A stretch of 64,000 nt of DNA, from NCBI GenBank assembly GCA_964361795.1, contig CAYIBZ010000002.1, positions 9,362 to 73,361 on the forward strand, in the 5' to 3' direction. A program made the translations under genes and the position numbers. Below the pieces are notes generated by a model. It saw only the letters and a program-made list of their open reading frames with translations, was not told the origin of the DNA and did no database searches. This document shows, piece after piece, positions 39,242-48,525 of this stretch (its first letter is position 1; every line of letters begins with the position of its first letter). This DNA is from an uncultured Candidatus Saccharibacteria bacterium. Lineage in GTDB: Bacteria; Patescibacteriota; Minisyncoccia; UBA6257; WO2-44-18.

Positions 39242-40569
39242 AATAGATTAGCGAGCCGTTGGCCTGATTTGCCGTCTAATTTGAAACAAGCGCCCTCGGC
39301 AACTCGTTTCCTGGCTTCTCGATCAATGCCAGGATTCTCTAAATAAAGTTTCAGCAATTCTCGCATTTCTTCTGGGCTTTTGGCAATTTTTAGATTCCCC
39401 GCCTTTATAACTTCCTGCTGATGCTCATATTCATAATAACGCAATAAGCTATCCCAAAACGGCTTTGATTTTTTACCGTCGAAACCGATTAATACTGTCG
39501 GCTTATCAAAAATGGCTGCATCTAAGACTATGCTGGAGGGACTCGTGAGTACTGCGGCACTATGATAAATCAAATCCGCTAAATGCCGATCATCGCTTCT
39601 CCTTAGCATTGACTCTTCCAATTTAGAAGCATTTTTTGGAATATCGAAAACCATGCCTTTCGGCAATTGAAATCCGCCAGTCTCTAAATCGCCAAAAAGC
39701 GGGAAGCGAATCACAACCTGCTCATTCAGTTTAGCCAGCTCTTGAAATAAAAAATTATTAAAAGACTTATCGCCTGTCCAGATATCGCTTGGCGGAGTAA
39801 CAAAAATATACTTCCGTTCTGGGTCTAAACCGATCCGTCTCATAAATTCATTCCGATCGCTTCGTTTTCCAGCTAAATAATCGTCATAATGTGGAATGCC
39901 CACTACTTCAATATCACTTTCAGAAACATTGTGATATTGAATAGTCCAAAGTTTAATATTTGAATTTTGGACTATAACTTTATCTGGCAAAGTACGCAAC
40001 AGTCCTTTAGTGGTCGTACTGTCCCATGATCGGCCCATCCCTATTGTAGGAATATTATGACGTTTGGCTTCGCGAACCAAATAAGAGTCGCTAAATTCTT
40101 GAGCGCGCAAATCCTGTAAGTCCGTAGCAAAAACTAAATCTGGCCTATATTTCTCAAATAACTGCTTGAAGCCGCCGCCTGGAATTAGATAATAATCCAA
40201 AAACCGAAAAATCTTTCTTACTAAAGAAAAGCTGCCTGTCCATGCAATAAAAGAATTAAAAAAGTAATTTAAGTAATTTCGTCTTTTCCCTAACTCAACC
40301 AATCTATGAATCTTTTTACTCTTAGTATTTAATAAATTCCAAGACCAAACATGGAATAAAAGATTAATTTTAGATAGCGGACGAAATGGAATCCTTTCGA
40401 TTATCATACTCAGCCCGCCAAATTCTTTCTGGAAAAAATCGGCATTCTTCTCGGGAACCAATAAAATAATTTTAAGACCTGGTCGATCTTTAATCCGCTT
40501 GAAAAAATTAGTTTCCAGTAAATTCCGCACAACTAAATTAAAAAAGCAGCTTATAAAGATAGTATTCAT
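39214..40569 (-). CDS. TagB/TagF-like CDP-alcohol phosphotransferase family protein, paralog 4 of 4
   Basis: Collinear with the other paralogs (MNTIFISCFF..., VVGIPHYDDYL, IFVTPPSD). Confidence 0.45.
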   Translation of the reverse strand: MNTIFISCFFNLVVRNLLETNFFKRIKDRPGLKIILLVPEKNADFFQKEFGGLSMIIERIPFRPLSKINLLFHVWSWNLLNTKSKKIHRLVELGKRRNYLNYFFNSFIAWTGSFSLVRKIFRFLDYYLIPGGGFKQLFEKYRPDLVFATDLQDLRAQEFSDSYLVREAKRHNIPTIGMGRSWDSTTTKGLLRTLPDKVIVQNSNIKLWTIQYHNVSESDIEVVGIPHYDDYLAGKRSDRNEFMRRIGLDPERKYIFVTPPSDIWTGDKSFNNFLFQELAKLNEQVVIRFPLFGDLETGGFQLPKGMVFDIPKNASKLEESMLRRSDDRHLADLIYHSAAVLTSPSSIVLDAAIFDKPTVLIGFDGKKSKPFWDSLLRYYEYEHQQEVIKAGNLKIAKSPEEMRELLKLYLENPGIDREARKRVAEGACFKLDGKSGQRLANLLWNTLLRKK

Positions 40570-41960
40570 TAATTTTTTTTAAACCATCCGCTGACCTTCA
40601 AAGATGCGTAACGAAAGCCATTGGCGATAATTTCCCGATCGTGCTTATCAATAGTGAATAAATTCTTCGACCTTAACCTAAATTCCGGGTATTTTTTAGT
40701 CAATTGGCTATAAAAGAAAAAGGTGCGTTCTATGAAAATGGCGACATATACAAACGCCGAACCCACAATTTTAAGAGTTGGCAAGAAAATAAAAGAGCCA
40801 ATGGGAATAACTAAAGTTTCATTCAATAACCTCATAGTTAAAATCTTATATTCTCTTAAAACCGACAAAACAGCTTTCAAAATCTTGTAGATTCCATAAA
40901 ATGGCAAGCCGAATAGCATGATCTTAAATAATGGCAAAGCATCTAAGTATTTAGGGAAAATGTATTCGATCGCAATTGGAACAAAAAAGAAACTGACGGC
41001 AATAAATAAGAAACTAATAATAAGTATATACTTAATCGAACGCTGGAAAATAAAAGCCATTTGTTCCCGGCTCCCCAATCTTGCCAAAAAAAGCGGCGCA
41101 ATGCCATCTAATGGCATAAAACCTTCGATCATAGAAACTAGATTAACTGCCAAGCTATAGAAACCCACCGCCTCAACATTGATGAAAAATTGGATAAGCC
41201 AAGGCATTAAATTTTTTGAAAATCGGGAAATGCCGTATCGCAAAAATAACCATCCGCCATGAACTTTGAGAAAATTTCCAATCAAGGATTGCGAATCGCC
41301 AACAATGCCAACAAATTTTTGTCTAAAAGGATTCCAAAATAGAAAAACGCTCATCGCCAAAACCGCCACCAGGATACCGCCTGTATGAGCAACCGCAACT
41401 CCAATAAGATCCAGACCCCCGCCTAATAGATACAACAAAATAATCCCGAGCTTGGCAATTTCGCGCATGGCTGGAAAAAACCAATAAGAGAAAATCATAG
41501 TTGATTTTAGAAATATGCTTTCTATGGACTCAATCGCATTTAACAAAATTACTGCGCTAATAATTTTAACAAGAGTGCCAATATCCTGATCGTAAAAATC
41601 GGCTACTAGTGATGAACTAAAAAAAATAATAATCGCCAAAATTGCCATTAAACCGATTCGCCAAAATACTATGTCTAGAAAAAGTCTTTTAGCTTTACCA
41701 AATTCGCCTTTAGAAAAATATGTCCTTAGTTCTACGGAGAACGGGCCGTCTAAATTGCGAAAATCGAAACTGTCCACAATATTAAGAAAAGAAAAGACTA
41801 ATTGGAAAAGGCCAAAATGAAAAACACTCAAAGATTTAATAATGAAAAAAGAATTAACAAAGCCGAGAAGAGTGGCAAAAACATTTGAAAGGCGCTTCAA
41901 TCCTTCGCTTCGGAAAAAATAATAAGATAATTTTTCTTTTTCTAACGGTTTAGGAGTCAT
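40569..41960 (-). CDS. polysaccharide/oligosaccharide flippase (MOP superfamily, Wzx-like)
   Basis: 463 aa with about 12-14 predicted TM helices and little soluble sequence. Placed among glycosyltransferases. Confidence 0.5.
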   Translation of the reverse strand: MTPKPLEKEKLSYYFFRSEGLKRLSNVFATLLGFVNSFFIIKSLSVFHFGLFQLVFSFLNIVDSFDFRNLDGPFSVELRTYFSKGEFGKAKRLFLDIVFWRIGLMAILAIIIFFSSSLVADFYDQDIGTLVKIISAVILLNAIESIESIFLKSTMIFSYWFFPAMREIAKLGIILLYLLGGGLDLIGVAVAHTGGILVAVLAMSVFLFWNPFRQKFVGIVGDSQSLIGNFLKVHGGWLFLRYGISRFSKNLMPWLIQFFINVEAVGFYSLAVNLVSMIEGFMPLDGIAPLFLARLGSREQMAFIFQRSIKYILIISFLFIAVSFFFVPIAIEYIFPKYLDALPLFKIMLFGLPFYGIYKILKAVLSVLREYKILTMRLLNETLVIPIGSFIFLPTLKIVGSAFVYVAIFIERTFFFYSQLTKKYPEFRLRSKNLFTIDKHDREIIANGFRYASLKVSGWFKKN

Positions 41961-43021
41961 TGAGATAATAATTTAACAATTCTTGTGATAAGAGAAGGTA
42001 AATCATGTTTTTGCTTAATGGTCTCTCGCATTTTTCTGCAAAGTTCAATGTGTTGTCTTGGTGTAATAGCAAAAATGGGTTTCAATTTTTCTGCAAGATC
42101 AGCCGCATTCTGTTCCTGAAAGATCAATTCGGTGCTCAATTTATCGTCAAATATATCAAAAAATGCTTTATTGCTCACCAACACGGGCAAGCCGCAAGCC
42201 ATTGCCTCTAAAGTGCTCTTATCGAAGGATCCGGTCGTAGTTAAGTTAATAAATAAATCAAATTGATTATAAATTTGCGGTGTTTTCTGATTGGCAACAC
42301 GGCCTCTAAAATTGACTCGATTTTGTAGGCCTAGATGAGAAACCAACTTTTTTATTTTCTCATAATACGCAACTTCAGCTGGCTTGCTGTCTGTAGGATC
42401 TCCGAATATGTCCAAAGTTATATCGGGAACGGAATGATGGACGATATTAACTGCCACTAATAAAGTTTCCAAGTCTTTCACCGGCGCGATTCGTCCCAAA
42501 AATAAAATTTTATGGCCCATATTTTTCTTGGGGCTTAGGACCTTGAACTTATCTATGTCTATACCTTGTTGCAGTACAGTTAACTTTTTACTGTTCAATG
42601 GATAAGCCAATCGAGTGGAAGTAACAATGCGGTTTGCAAAAATTGCGGCAATCTGTAATTTAAGGTTCGCTAAATAATGAGCGTACCAAAAAATAATTTT
42701 CTTATTAGTTAAGCGCCACCACCAGCCAGCTAAAATCACATATTCCGGATTCATGTGGACGAAAACTTTATCGTAATCTTTCCGTAATTGCCAAATATAC
42801 TTATAAAAACGCCAAAGATATTTTAATCGAGATTGTCCGTCTTCCTTGCCAAGTGAGTAAACAGAAACATTAGCTGGCAATGCTACCCGACCGCGATATA
42901 AACAAATTACCGATAATTTTTCCACTCGCTTAGCCAACTCCTCAATCCAGCGATGATAAACGCCTAAAATATCATCGTCCAGATCTACTTTTTGGGTAAT
43001 AAACAGCGGGTGATTAGACAT
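41957..43021 (-). CDS. glycosyltransferase family 4/1 (GT-B)
   Basis: EAMACGLPVLVSN motif plus GRI-type C-terminal Rossmann domain (ILFLGRIAPVKD). Confidence 0.65.
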   Translation of the reverse strand: MSNHPLFITQKVDLDDDILGVYHRWIEELAKRVEKLSVICLYRGRVALPANVSVYSLGKEDGQSRLKYLWRFYKYIWQLRKDYDKVFVHMNPEYVILAGWWWRLTNKKIIFWYAHYLANLKLQIAAIFANRIVTSTRLAYPLNSKKLTVLQQGIDIDKFKVLSPKKNMGHKILFLGRIAPVKDLETLLVAVNIVHHSVPDITLDIFGDPTDSKPAEVAYYEKIKKLVSHLGLQNRVNFRGRVANQKTPQIYNQFDLFINLTTTGSFDKSTLEAMACGLPVLVSNKAFFDIFDDKLSTELIFQEQNAADLAEKLKPIFAITPRQHIELCRKMRETIKQKHDLPSLITRIVKLLSQ

Positions 43022-43065
43022 AGCAATAAAACCTATAACAAATTGAATCAGTTACTAAACCGATG

Positions 43066-43095
43066 TAATAAAAAAGGAGCTCATAATAGCTCCTT
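43066..43095 (-). terminator. intrinsic terminator overlapping the stop codon of 43081..43956
   Basis: AAGGAGCT-CATAAT-AGCTCCTT, an 8-bp stem. Plus-strand A-run 43067-43075 gives a T-tract on the minus strand. Confidence 0.5.
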
Positions 43096-43956
43096 GAAAT
43101 GTTTGCTATACCATTCTACTGTTTTCTTCATGCCAACTTCAATGTTAGTGAACTCAAAATCCCCAATCCAACGCTTTAAGGTTTCAGTGTTGCCTCGAAT
43201 AACTGCCTTATTTGTTTCTCCGAGACGCATTGGTAAATGCTCGATTTTTGCGCTTAACATTTCTGCAACAATGGTCGCAACCTTTATAACCGGCACACCT
43301 TCACCACTGCCGGCATCAATAACCTCGTCTGCTATCTTAGAAGTTTCTAAGGCCCTAATCAATATTTCTGCGGTGTCTTCTACGTAAACCAAGTCCATTA
43401 ATTGTGACCCGTCGCCATAAACCTGCAACGGTTGCCCCAAAAGAGCCCGGATAATGAAGCTTGGAGCAAATTTTCTCACTGGCTTGAATTTCTGGCCCTC
43501 GCCATAAACATTGAAACCTCTCACAACGTTTATTTTAGTTCCAAACTCGCGATTATAGAGCAAAGCAAAATCTTTAGCGGTCCGTTTTGTAATTGCATAA
43601 GGATTTTGCCAAACATCCGGTAATGTTATGTAAACACAAGGTTTTTTGTATTTTCTAATTGCTTCAAAAACATTTAATGTTCCCATCACATTAACATCGG
43701 CAGTTTCCAAAACGTGCTGCAATGTTTCTGCCGTGCCTAGAATACCAGCTAAGTGGATGATGCCATCGGCATCAAATACTGCTTGATCAACAGCATTCTT
43801 ATCTCGGACATCAGCAACAAAATTGTGAACGCCCTCTATGGACTTAGATAATCGCCTATCAAAACTTACTACCTGATATCTGCGTTCTAGCAGTTTCTTC
43901 ACCACATGGCTACCAATGAATCCCTGAGCACCGGTGACCAGAACTTTCATTTGCAA
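43081..43956 (-). CDS. NAD-dependent epimerase/dehydratase family protein
   Basis: MKVLVTGAQGFIGSHVVKKL Rossmann motif and YAITK (YxxxK). 291 aa. Confidence 0.65.
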   Translation of the reverse strand: MQMKVLVTGAQGFIGSHVVKKLLERRYQVVSFDRRLSKSIEGVHNFVADVRDKNAVDQAVFDADGIIHLAGILGTAETLQHVLETADVNVMGTLNVFEAIRKYKKPCVYITLPDVWQNPYAITKRTAKDFALLYNREFGTKINVVRGFNVYGEGQKFKPVRKFAPSFIIRALLGQPLQVYGDGSQLMDLVYVEDTAEILIRALETSKIADEVIDAGSGEGVPVIKVATIVAEMLSAKIEHLPMRLGETNKAVIRGNTETLKRWIGDFEFTNIEVGMKKTVEWYSKHFKELL

Positions 43957-43997
43957 ATCTCCAAAGAGCTACCTAAAGTATACTAATAAGCGTTCTA

Positions 43998-44522
43998 ATG
44001 TCAAATTTTTTTGTAAAACGAGACGAACTTAAAAAATCAGATGCGATAGTAGTTTTAACGGGAAATGGTTGGGAACGAACAGAATGGGCCATAAAACTCT
44101 ATAAGCAAGAATGGGCAACTCTACTAGTTATGATCGGATCTACGGGTAGCAGACCATCACCGGAAATGGCTGAATTTGCGGAACAGTTCGGCATTCCTAA
44201 AAATAAGATACTTATTGATACTAATTCAACCAACACCCGCCTCAATGCAAATAATGTCGTTGGACTTGCTCAAAAATACGGATGGGAACAAATTATTCTT
44301 GTTACTTCGCCCCACCACCAACTACGCTCCTATCTAACATTTAAAAAAGCAATTAAAGATTTTCAGGGCCATCTCAAAATCATTAACTATCCTCCCTTGC
44401 AATACAGCTGGTTTGAGTTAGTGGAAAGTTCAAGAAACAAAAAACACAAAGTATTAAGATTTTTTTATTTATTCAGCGAACTTTATCGAATCTTAAAGTA
44501 TAGAATCAAAGGAGATTTATAA
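43998..44522 (+). CDS. DUF218 / YdcF-SanA-ElyC-like protein
   Basis: DAIVVLTGNGWERTEWAIKLY and LILVTSPHH resemble the DUF218 family. One of only four plus-strand genes in the window. Confidence 0.45.
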   Translation: MSNFFVKRDELKKSDAIVVLTGNGWERTEWAIKLYKQEWATLLVMIGSTGSRPSPEMAEFAEQFGIPKNKILIDTNSTNTRLNANNVVGLAQKYGWEQIILVTSPHHQLRSYLTFKKAIKDFQGHLKIINYPPLQYSWFELVESSRNKKHKVLRFFYLFSELYRILKYRIKGDL

Positions 44523-45645
44523 GAGAATTTTTATATCTTTGTAAATATTCGGATTTCGAAGGAAACTGCTTTGATATTGCCAAAGTATTTCGAGAAAATT
44601 CGCCTCTTTGTTTGGGATGATTAATCAACCAAATAACTTTTTCTGCCAAAGTTAGTGCGTCACCAACAGGAACTACGAACCCATTGATACCATCCTTAAT
44701 AATTTCACGCGCAGGCGCGACATCTGTCATAATGACAGGTAACCCAGCTGCCGCAGCTTCAACTGGCGATCTTGCTCCGCCTTCATAGTTTGATGTAAGG
44801 ACAAAAACGTTGGATGTTCTGTAATAGGAAACCAAATCATCGGTCCACGGTTCAAGAATAATGTTATCCTTCAATTTTAAATTTTCAATTTTAAATTTTA
44901 AATTTCGGTGTTCCGGTCCTTCACCAACAATCAATAGTAACGACTTGGGATTGTGTTTAATAATCTCTGTCATAGCTTGTATAGCCAATCCTACATTTTT
45001 CTCTCGAGTCAAACGAGACGCAACTAAAATTATCGATTCGAAATTCGGGTATTTTTTATGGAGATCAATAGAAACCGGTTGCTTCTGAAAATCATCGGTA
45101 TCAAAAATTATCGGCAAAACAGTAATTTTAGAGGATGGCAGCTGGAAATTTTTAACTAAACTTTGCCTAATTCGTTCGCTTACCACTCGAACTCCATCGG
45201 CTTTTTTAATCAACCATGAACCTAGAAAAACTCGTATTTTATTTTTCCATGATTCTCTTTTAAAATAAGGACTTAAAAAATCACTGTGACTTTGAATTTG
45301 CAGTGGAATTTTAAATTCTTTTTTCAGCCAATAACCGACTAGTGCGGTTTCGAAAGGATCTTGGGTGGTAATAATCCAAGGATTTAGAATTTCGGATTTA
45401 GAATTTAGAATAATTTTTTTTGCTATTCGATAAACATCAAAAAAATAAAACAGCTTAAATCTGGTATTGGTTGGATAAATGAACACATGATTACTAGATC
45501 CTAAATTCTGCATTCTAAATCCTCGCTTGGTGTAAATAATAATATGCAGTTCCTCAAATAATCCGCCATAATCAATCATCCGCTGTCGAACAGAGGATTT
45601 TTCTTCAAAAATCTTTTGATCTGTAGAGAGTATTAACAACTTCAT
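44506..45645 (-). CDS. glycosyltransferase family 4
   Basis: GGARSPVEAAAAGLPVIMT motif. Contains two in-frame heptamer repeat tracts (44884-44918 and 45380-45414). Confidence 0.6.
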   Translation of the reverse strand: MKLLILSTDQKIFEEKSSVRQRMIDYGGLFEELHIIIYTKRGFRMQNLGSSNHVFIYPTNTRFKLFYFFDVYRIAKKIILNSKSEILNPWIITTQDPFETALVGYWLKKEFKIPLQIQSHSDFLSPYFKRESWKNKIRVFLGSWLIKKADGVRVVSERIRQSLVKNFQLPSSKITVLPIIFDTDDFQKQPVSIDLHKKYPNFESIILVASRLTREKNVGLAIQAMTEIIKHNPKSLLLIVGEGPEHRNLKFKIENLKLKDNIILEPWTDDLVSYYRTSNVFVLTSNYEGGARSPVEAAAAGLPVIMTDVAPAREIIKDGINGFVVPVGDALTLAEKVIWLINHPKQRGEFSRNTLAISKQFPSKSEYLQRYKNSLINLL

Positions 45646-46316
45646 AATTTTTCGAGAACGAAAAATTTGTGATAATGATCCAAAACCGGCCTGACTTCCT
45701 TGATAATACGAAAATACTTATTTAATTCTTTACGAATCTTACGAATTCGCCATCTATAAAGATCTATTTCCCAATAATGTTGGCCGGATGTTTTAATGCC
45801 GTTAAATTTAAGGGGTAACCGTAGGAAAAAGCTTAAAAAAGATTTTTTTAATAGAGTTCTAATGCCGGGAAATTTAAAAACAAATTCCCATCCTGTTGAA
45901 CGATAAGGCAAAGAAATAATGACATGTTTTTTGGAAACTCTTTGTAATTCTCTTAATGCCTTGGGGAAATCTTCATAGGAAATATGCTCCAAAACCTCAA
46001 AAGCGGTTACTATGTCAAAAGATTTATCCGATATTGGCAATGATCGGATGTCGGCAACAATATCCGGATTTAAACTCCCATCAAAATCCGCAGTGGTAAC
46101 GCTATGGCCATTTTTTTTCATATAATTCGAAAAAAATCCGTTACCTTTTCCAACTTCCAAAATTCTTGGTTCATTCGTATCATTAGCATGCATTCGCATA
46201 TTGGCATCGCGTTGCGCAACTTGCTGCGTTAAATCAACCTGATAAAAATAGGAAATAAACCTGTCAAGATCGTCGTATTTTTTCCGACAATAGTGCTCTT
46301 TATTTACTTGCGTCAT
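45642..46316 (-). CDS. class I SAM-dependent methyltransferase
   Basis: ILEVGKGNGFFSNYM motif I and DIVTAFEVLEHI motif II. Confidence 0.6.
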   Translation of the reverse strand: MTQVNKEHYCRKKYDDLDRFISYFYQVDLTQQVAQRDANMRMHANDTNEPRILEVGKGNGFFSNYMKKNGHSVTTADFDGSLNPDIVADIRSLPISDKSFDIVTAFEVLEHISYEDFPKALRELQRVSKKHVIISLPYRSTGWEFVFKFPGIRTLLKKSFLSFFLRLPLKFNGIKTSGQHYWEIDLYRWRIRKIRKELNKYFRIIKEVRPVLDHYHKFFVLEKL

Positions 46317-48525
46317 GTATTAAGTTTACTAGATTATCAACGGTTCGGCTTATGGAAAATTGCTGGGCCTTTTCTTTGGCGTTTTTGACTATCATTTCAC
46401 GAAAATCTTCGTCCCTGCTGATTCTTTCTATGGCAGTTAAAATCTGTTCTTTATTGTTCGGTTCAACCAAGATTCCCTCTTTCCCGTCCTCTATTATCTC
46501 GGTCAGGTTGCCGATATTGGTAGTCACAACGGGCACGCTAGCGTTCATTGCTTCAACCACCTGAAAAGAAAAGCTCTCAAATGAAGTATTAAGTACAAAA
46601 ACGGATGCTTTTCGCAAATGGTCCAAAAGTTTTTCCCTAGGTATCGAACCGGCTAAACTGACTTGATTATTTAATTTTAAATTTTCCTTGCCTACCGGCA
46701 GGCAGGCAATTTTAAATTTTAAATTATCGTATTCCGGCCCGTCGCCAACAATAATCAACCGCCAATCCGGCAAATCTTTCATTATATCAATCAAAACGTC
46801 AAATCCTTTCCACGGAACTAGCCTGCCGGCCGATAGTATCGTTTTGGAATTTGGTCCGCCAGCTGGCGGATTATTTTGCATTTGGATTTTGGCATTTGGA
46901 TTTTGCAATTGAATACCGTTGTAAATAACTTTGACTTTTTTCGGATTTTTTATCCAACCGCCGACCAGTTTTTGGAAATACTTGCTCGGCGTGATGACCA
47001 AATCGGCGCGGCCAACAACCCATTTCTGAATGTTACGCAATAGTTCCGTCCGCCAACCGTATCTTCGTTTTTGAAAATCATCGATTCCGTCTTTCACTCC
47101 GAAACGCTGGACGGCCTGCTCCCAGGCATAGTCTCCCGCCACACGAATGAAGAATTTTTTACCCAATATTCTCGCCGCTAACAGCGAAGGTAGGCCAACA
47201 CTGACGGGATCCTGAGCGTATACGATCTCGAAATTCTTGGACTTCCACAGGCAACTCCAAAAATAGGCTAGGTGCCTGATAATTTTCGGTTTTTTGCGAA
47301 ATTCGGTAAATGCCAGATGATCCACCTTAAAACTTCGTTTGGGTAATTCTTCTTCCAAAAGCTCGGTATAGGTGGCTGGACCCCCGATATCTGGAGGATA
47401 GATACCGGTTGCTATGAGCAACCGCTTAATTTTCAATTTTTGAAATATGGATTCCATTTTTGAGGATATTAAATCCCAAGAATAGTTTTCTAAAACCAGC
47501 TTGCGGCCGTTTTCGGAAAGTCTCGCATACAGTTTACTGTCAGTGAGTAAAATTTTCATTTTCTCCGCCAAATCTTTTGGATCGTCTACTTTAGCAAGAA
47601 GTCCCGTAGCCACTTGCCCTGAGCTTACCGAAGGATTTTTTAGGAAATCGGGAATGCCGCCCACGGCTGTTCCGATGACAGGTAAACCAGCCGCCATTGC
47701 CTCTAAAAATGAACTCCCCAATCCTTCTGATCTGGATGGCCTGACAAAAATATCTGCTTTTGCGAGATATTCCGGAATTTTCTCGGGGTCAATATGTCCC
47801 AAGAATTCAATGTAATTTTCTACTCTTAAATCCCTGACTAATTGTTTAAGTTTCAATTCGTCAGGACCGCTACCTAAAATTTTCAATTTACAATTTTTAA
47901 TTTTCAATTTATGAAGTTCGGGTATAGCGCAAATTAGGGTGTCAAGTCCGTTTTTATGCACCAGTCGCGAAGTCGTAATAATTATTTTAGCATTTGGATT
48001 TTGGGATTTTTTTTGAAAATTGAAAATTGTAAATTGAAAATTTTCTAGCGATACTCCATTCGGCACCACTTCAATTGGACATATCGCTCCATACCTTTTT
48101 GCAAAGTCGGCCAAATAATTACTGATTGCTTGAATACGATCCGCTCTTTTAAAGATTAGTCTCCAAAATGGATACAAAATTCCCACACGATTCAATATAT
48201 GCCCTTCCGAATCACCTTCCTGTAGAGTCAATAAAAAAGGGATTTTCGGATGCCGTAATTTAAATAAAAGCGCCGCGAAACCCGCATATGCGGCCATCAC
48301 TCCCCAAATCGCCTTGAAGGGCTCTTTCTTATGGGCGCGCTCCGCCGCCAACCATGAACGGAAGATATAAAAAAACTTTGCCGGCCTGCCATGGCCGTAT
48401 TTTTGAAAATCATGAGCGAAAATTTGAAAATCAAAATCCGGAAGGCGTTCCATTATTTCTTTCACGGCTATTTCCGCTCCACCGACAAATGGCGAATATG
48501 CAAGACTAAAAACGGCTACTTTCAT
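46300..48525 (-). CDS. tandem GT4-GT4 fusion glycosyltransferase (741 aa)
   Basis: Module 1: AYSPFVGGAE ... EGLGSSFLEAMAAGLPVIGT. Module 2: IYPPDIGGPATY ... FSFQVVEAMNASVPVVTT. Both linkers carry AT-rich repeat tracts. Module 2 carries the 47-nt palindromic segment. Confidence 0.65.
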   Translation of the reverse strand: MKVAVFSLAYSPFVGGAEIAVKEIMERLPDFDFQIFAHDFQKYGHGRPAKFFYIFRSWLAAERAHKKEPFKAIWGVMAAYAGFAALLFKLRHPKIPFLLTLQEGDSEGHILNRVGILYPFWRLIFKRADRIQAISNYLADFAKRYGAICPIEVVPNGVSLENFQFTIFNFQKKSQNPNAKIIITTSRLVHKNGLDTLICAIPELHKLKIKNCKLKILGSGPDELKLKQLVRDLRVENYIEFLGHIDPEKIPEYLAKADIFVRPSRSEGLGSSFLEAMAAGLPVIGTAVGGIPDFLKNPSVSSGQVATGLLAKVDDPKDLAEKMKILLTDSKLYARLSENGRKLVLENYSWDLISSKMESIFQKLKIKRLLIATGIYPPDIGGPATYTELLEEELPKRSFKVDHLAFTEFRKKPKIIRHLAYFWSCLWKSKNFEIVYAQDPVSVGLPSLLAARILGKKFFIRVAGDYAWEQAVQRFGVKDGIDDFQKRRYGWRTELLRNIQKWVVGRADLVITPSKYFQKLVGGWIKNPKKVKVIYNGIQLQNPNAKIQMQNNPPAGGPNSKTILSAGRLVPWKGFDVLIDIMKDLPDWRLIIVGDGPEYDNLKFKIACLPVGKENLKLNNQVSLAGSIPREKLLDHLRKASVFVLNTSFESFSFQVVEAMNASVPVVTTNIGNLTEIIEDGKEGILVEPNNKEQILTAIERISRDEDFREMIVKNAKEKAQQFSISRTVDNLVNLIHDASK
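46673..46719. repeat. 47-nt segment AATTTTAAATTTTCCTTGCCTACCGGCAGGCAGGCAATTTTAAATTT, copy 1 (inside tandem GT4 gene, in-frame, encodes KIACLPVGKENLKL)
   Basis: Identical to 49042-49088. GC-rich imperfect palindrome core (TTGCCT...AGGCAA) flanked by direct AATTTTAAATTT repeats. Confidence 0.6.
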
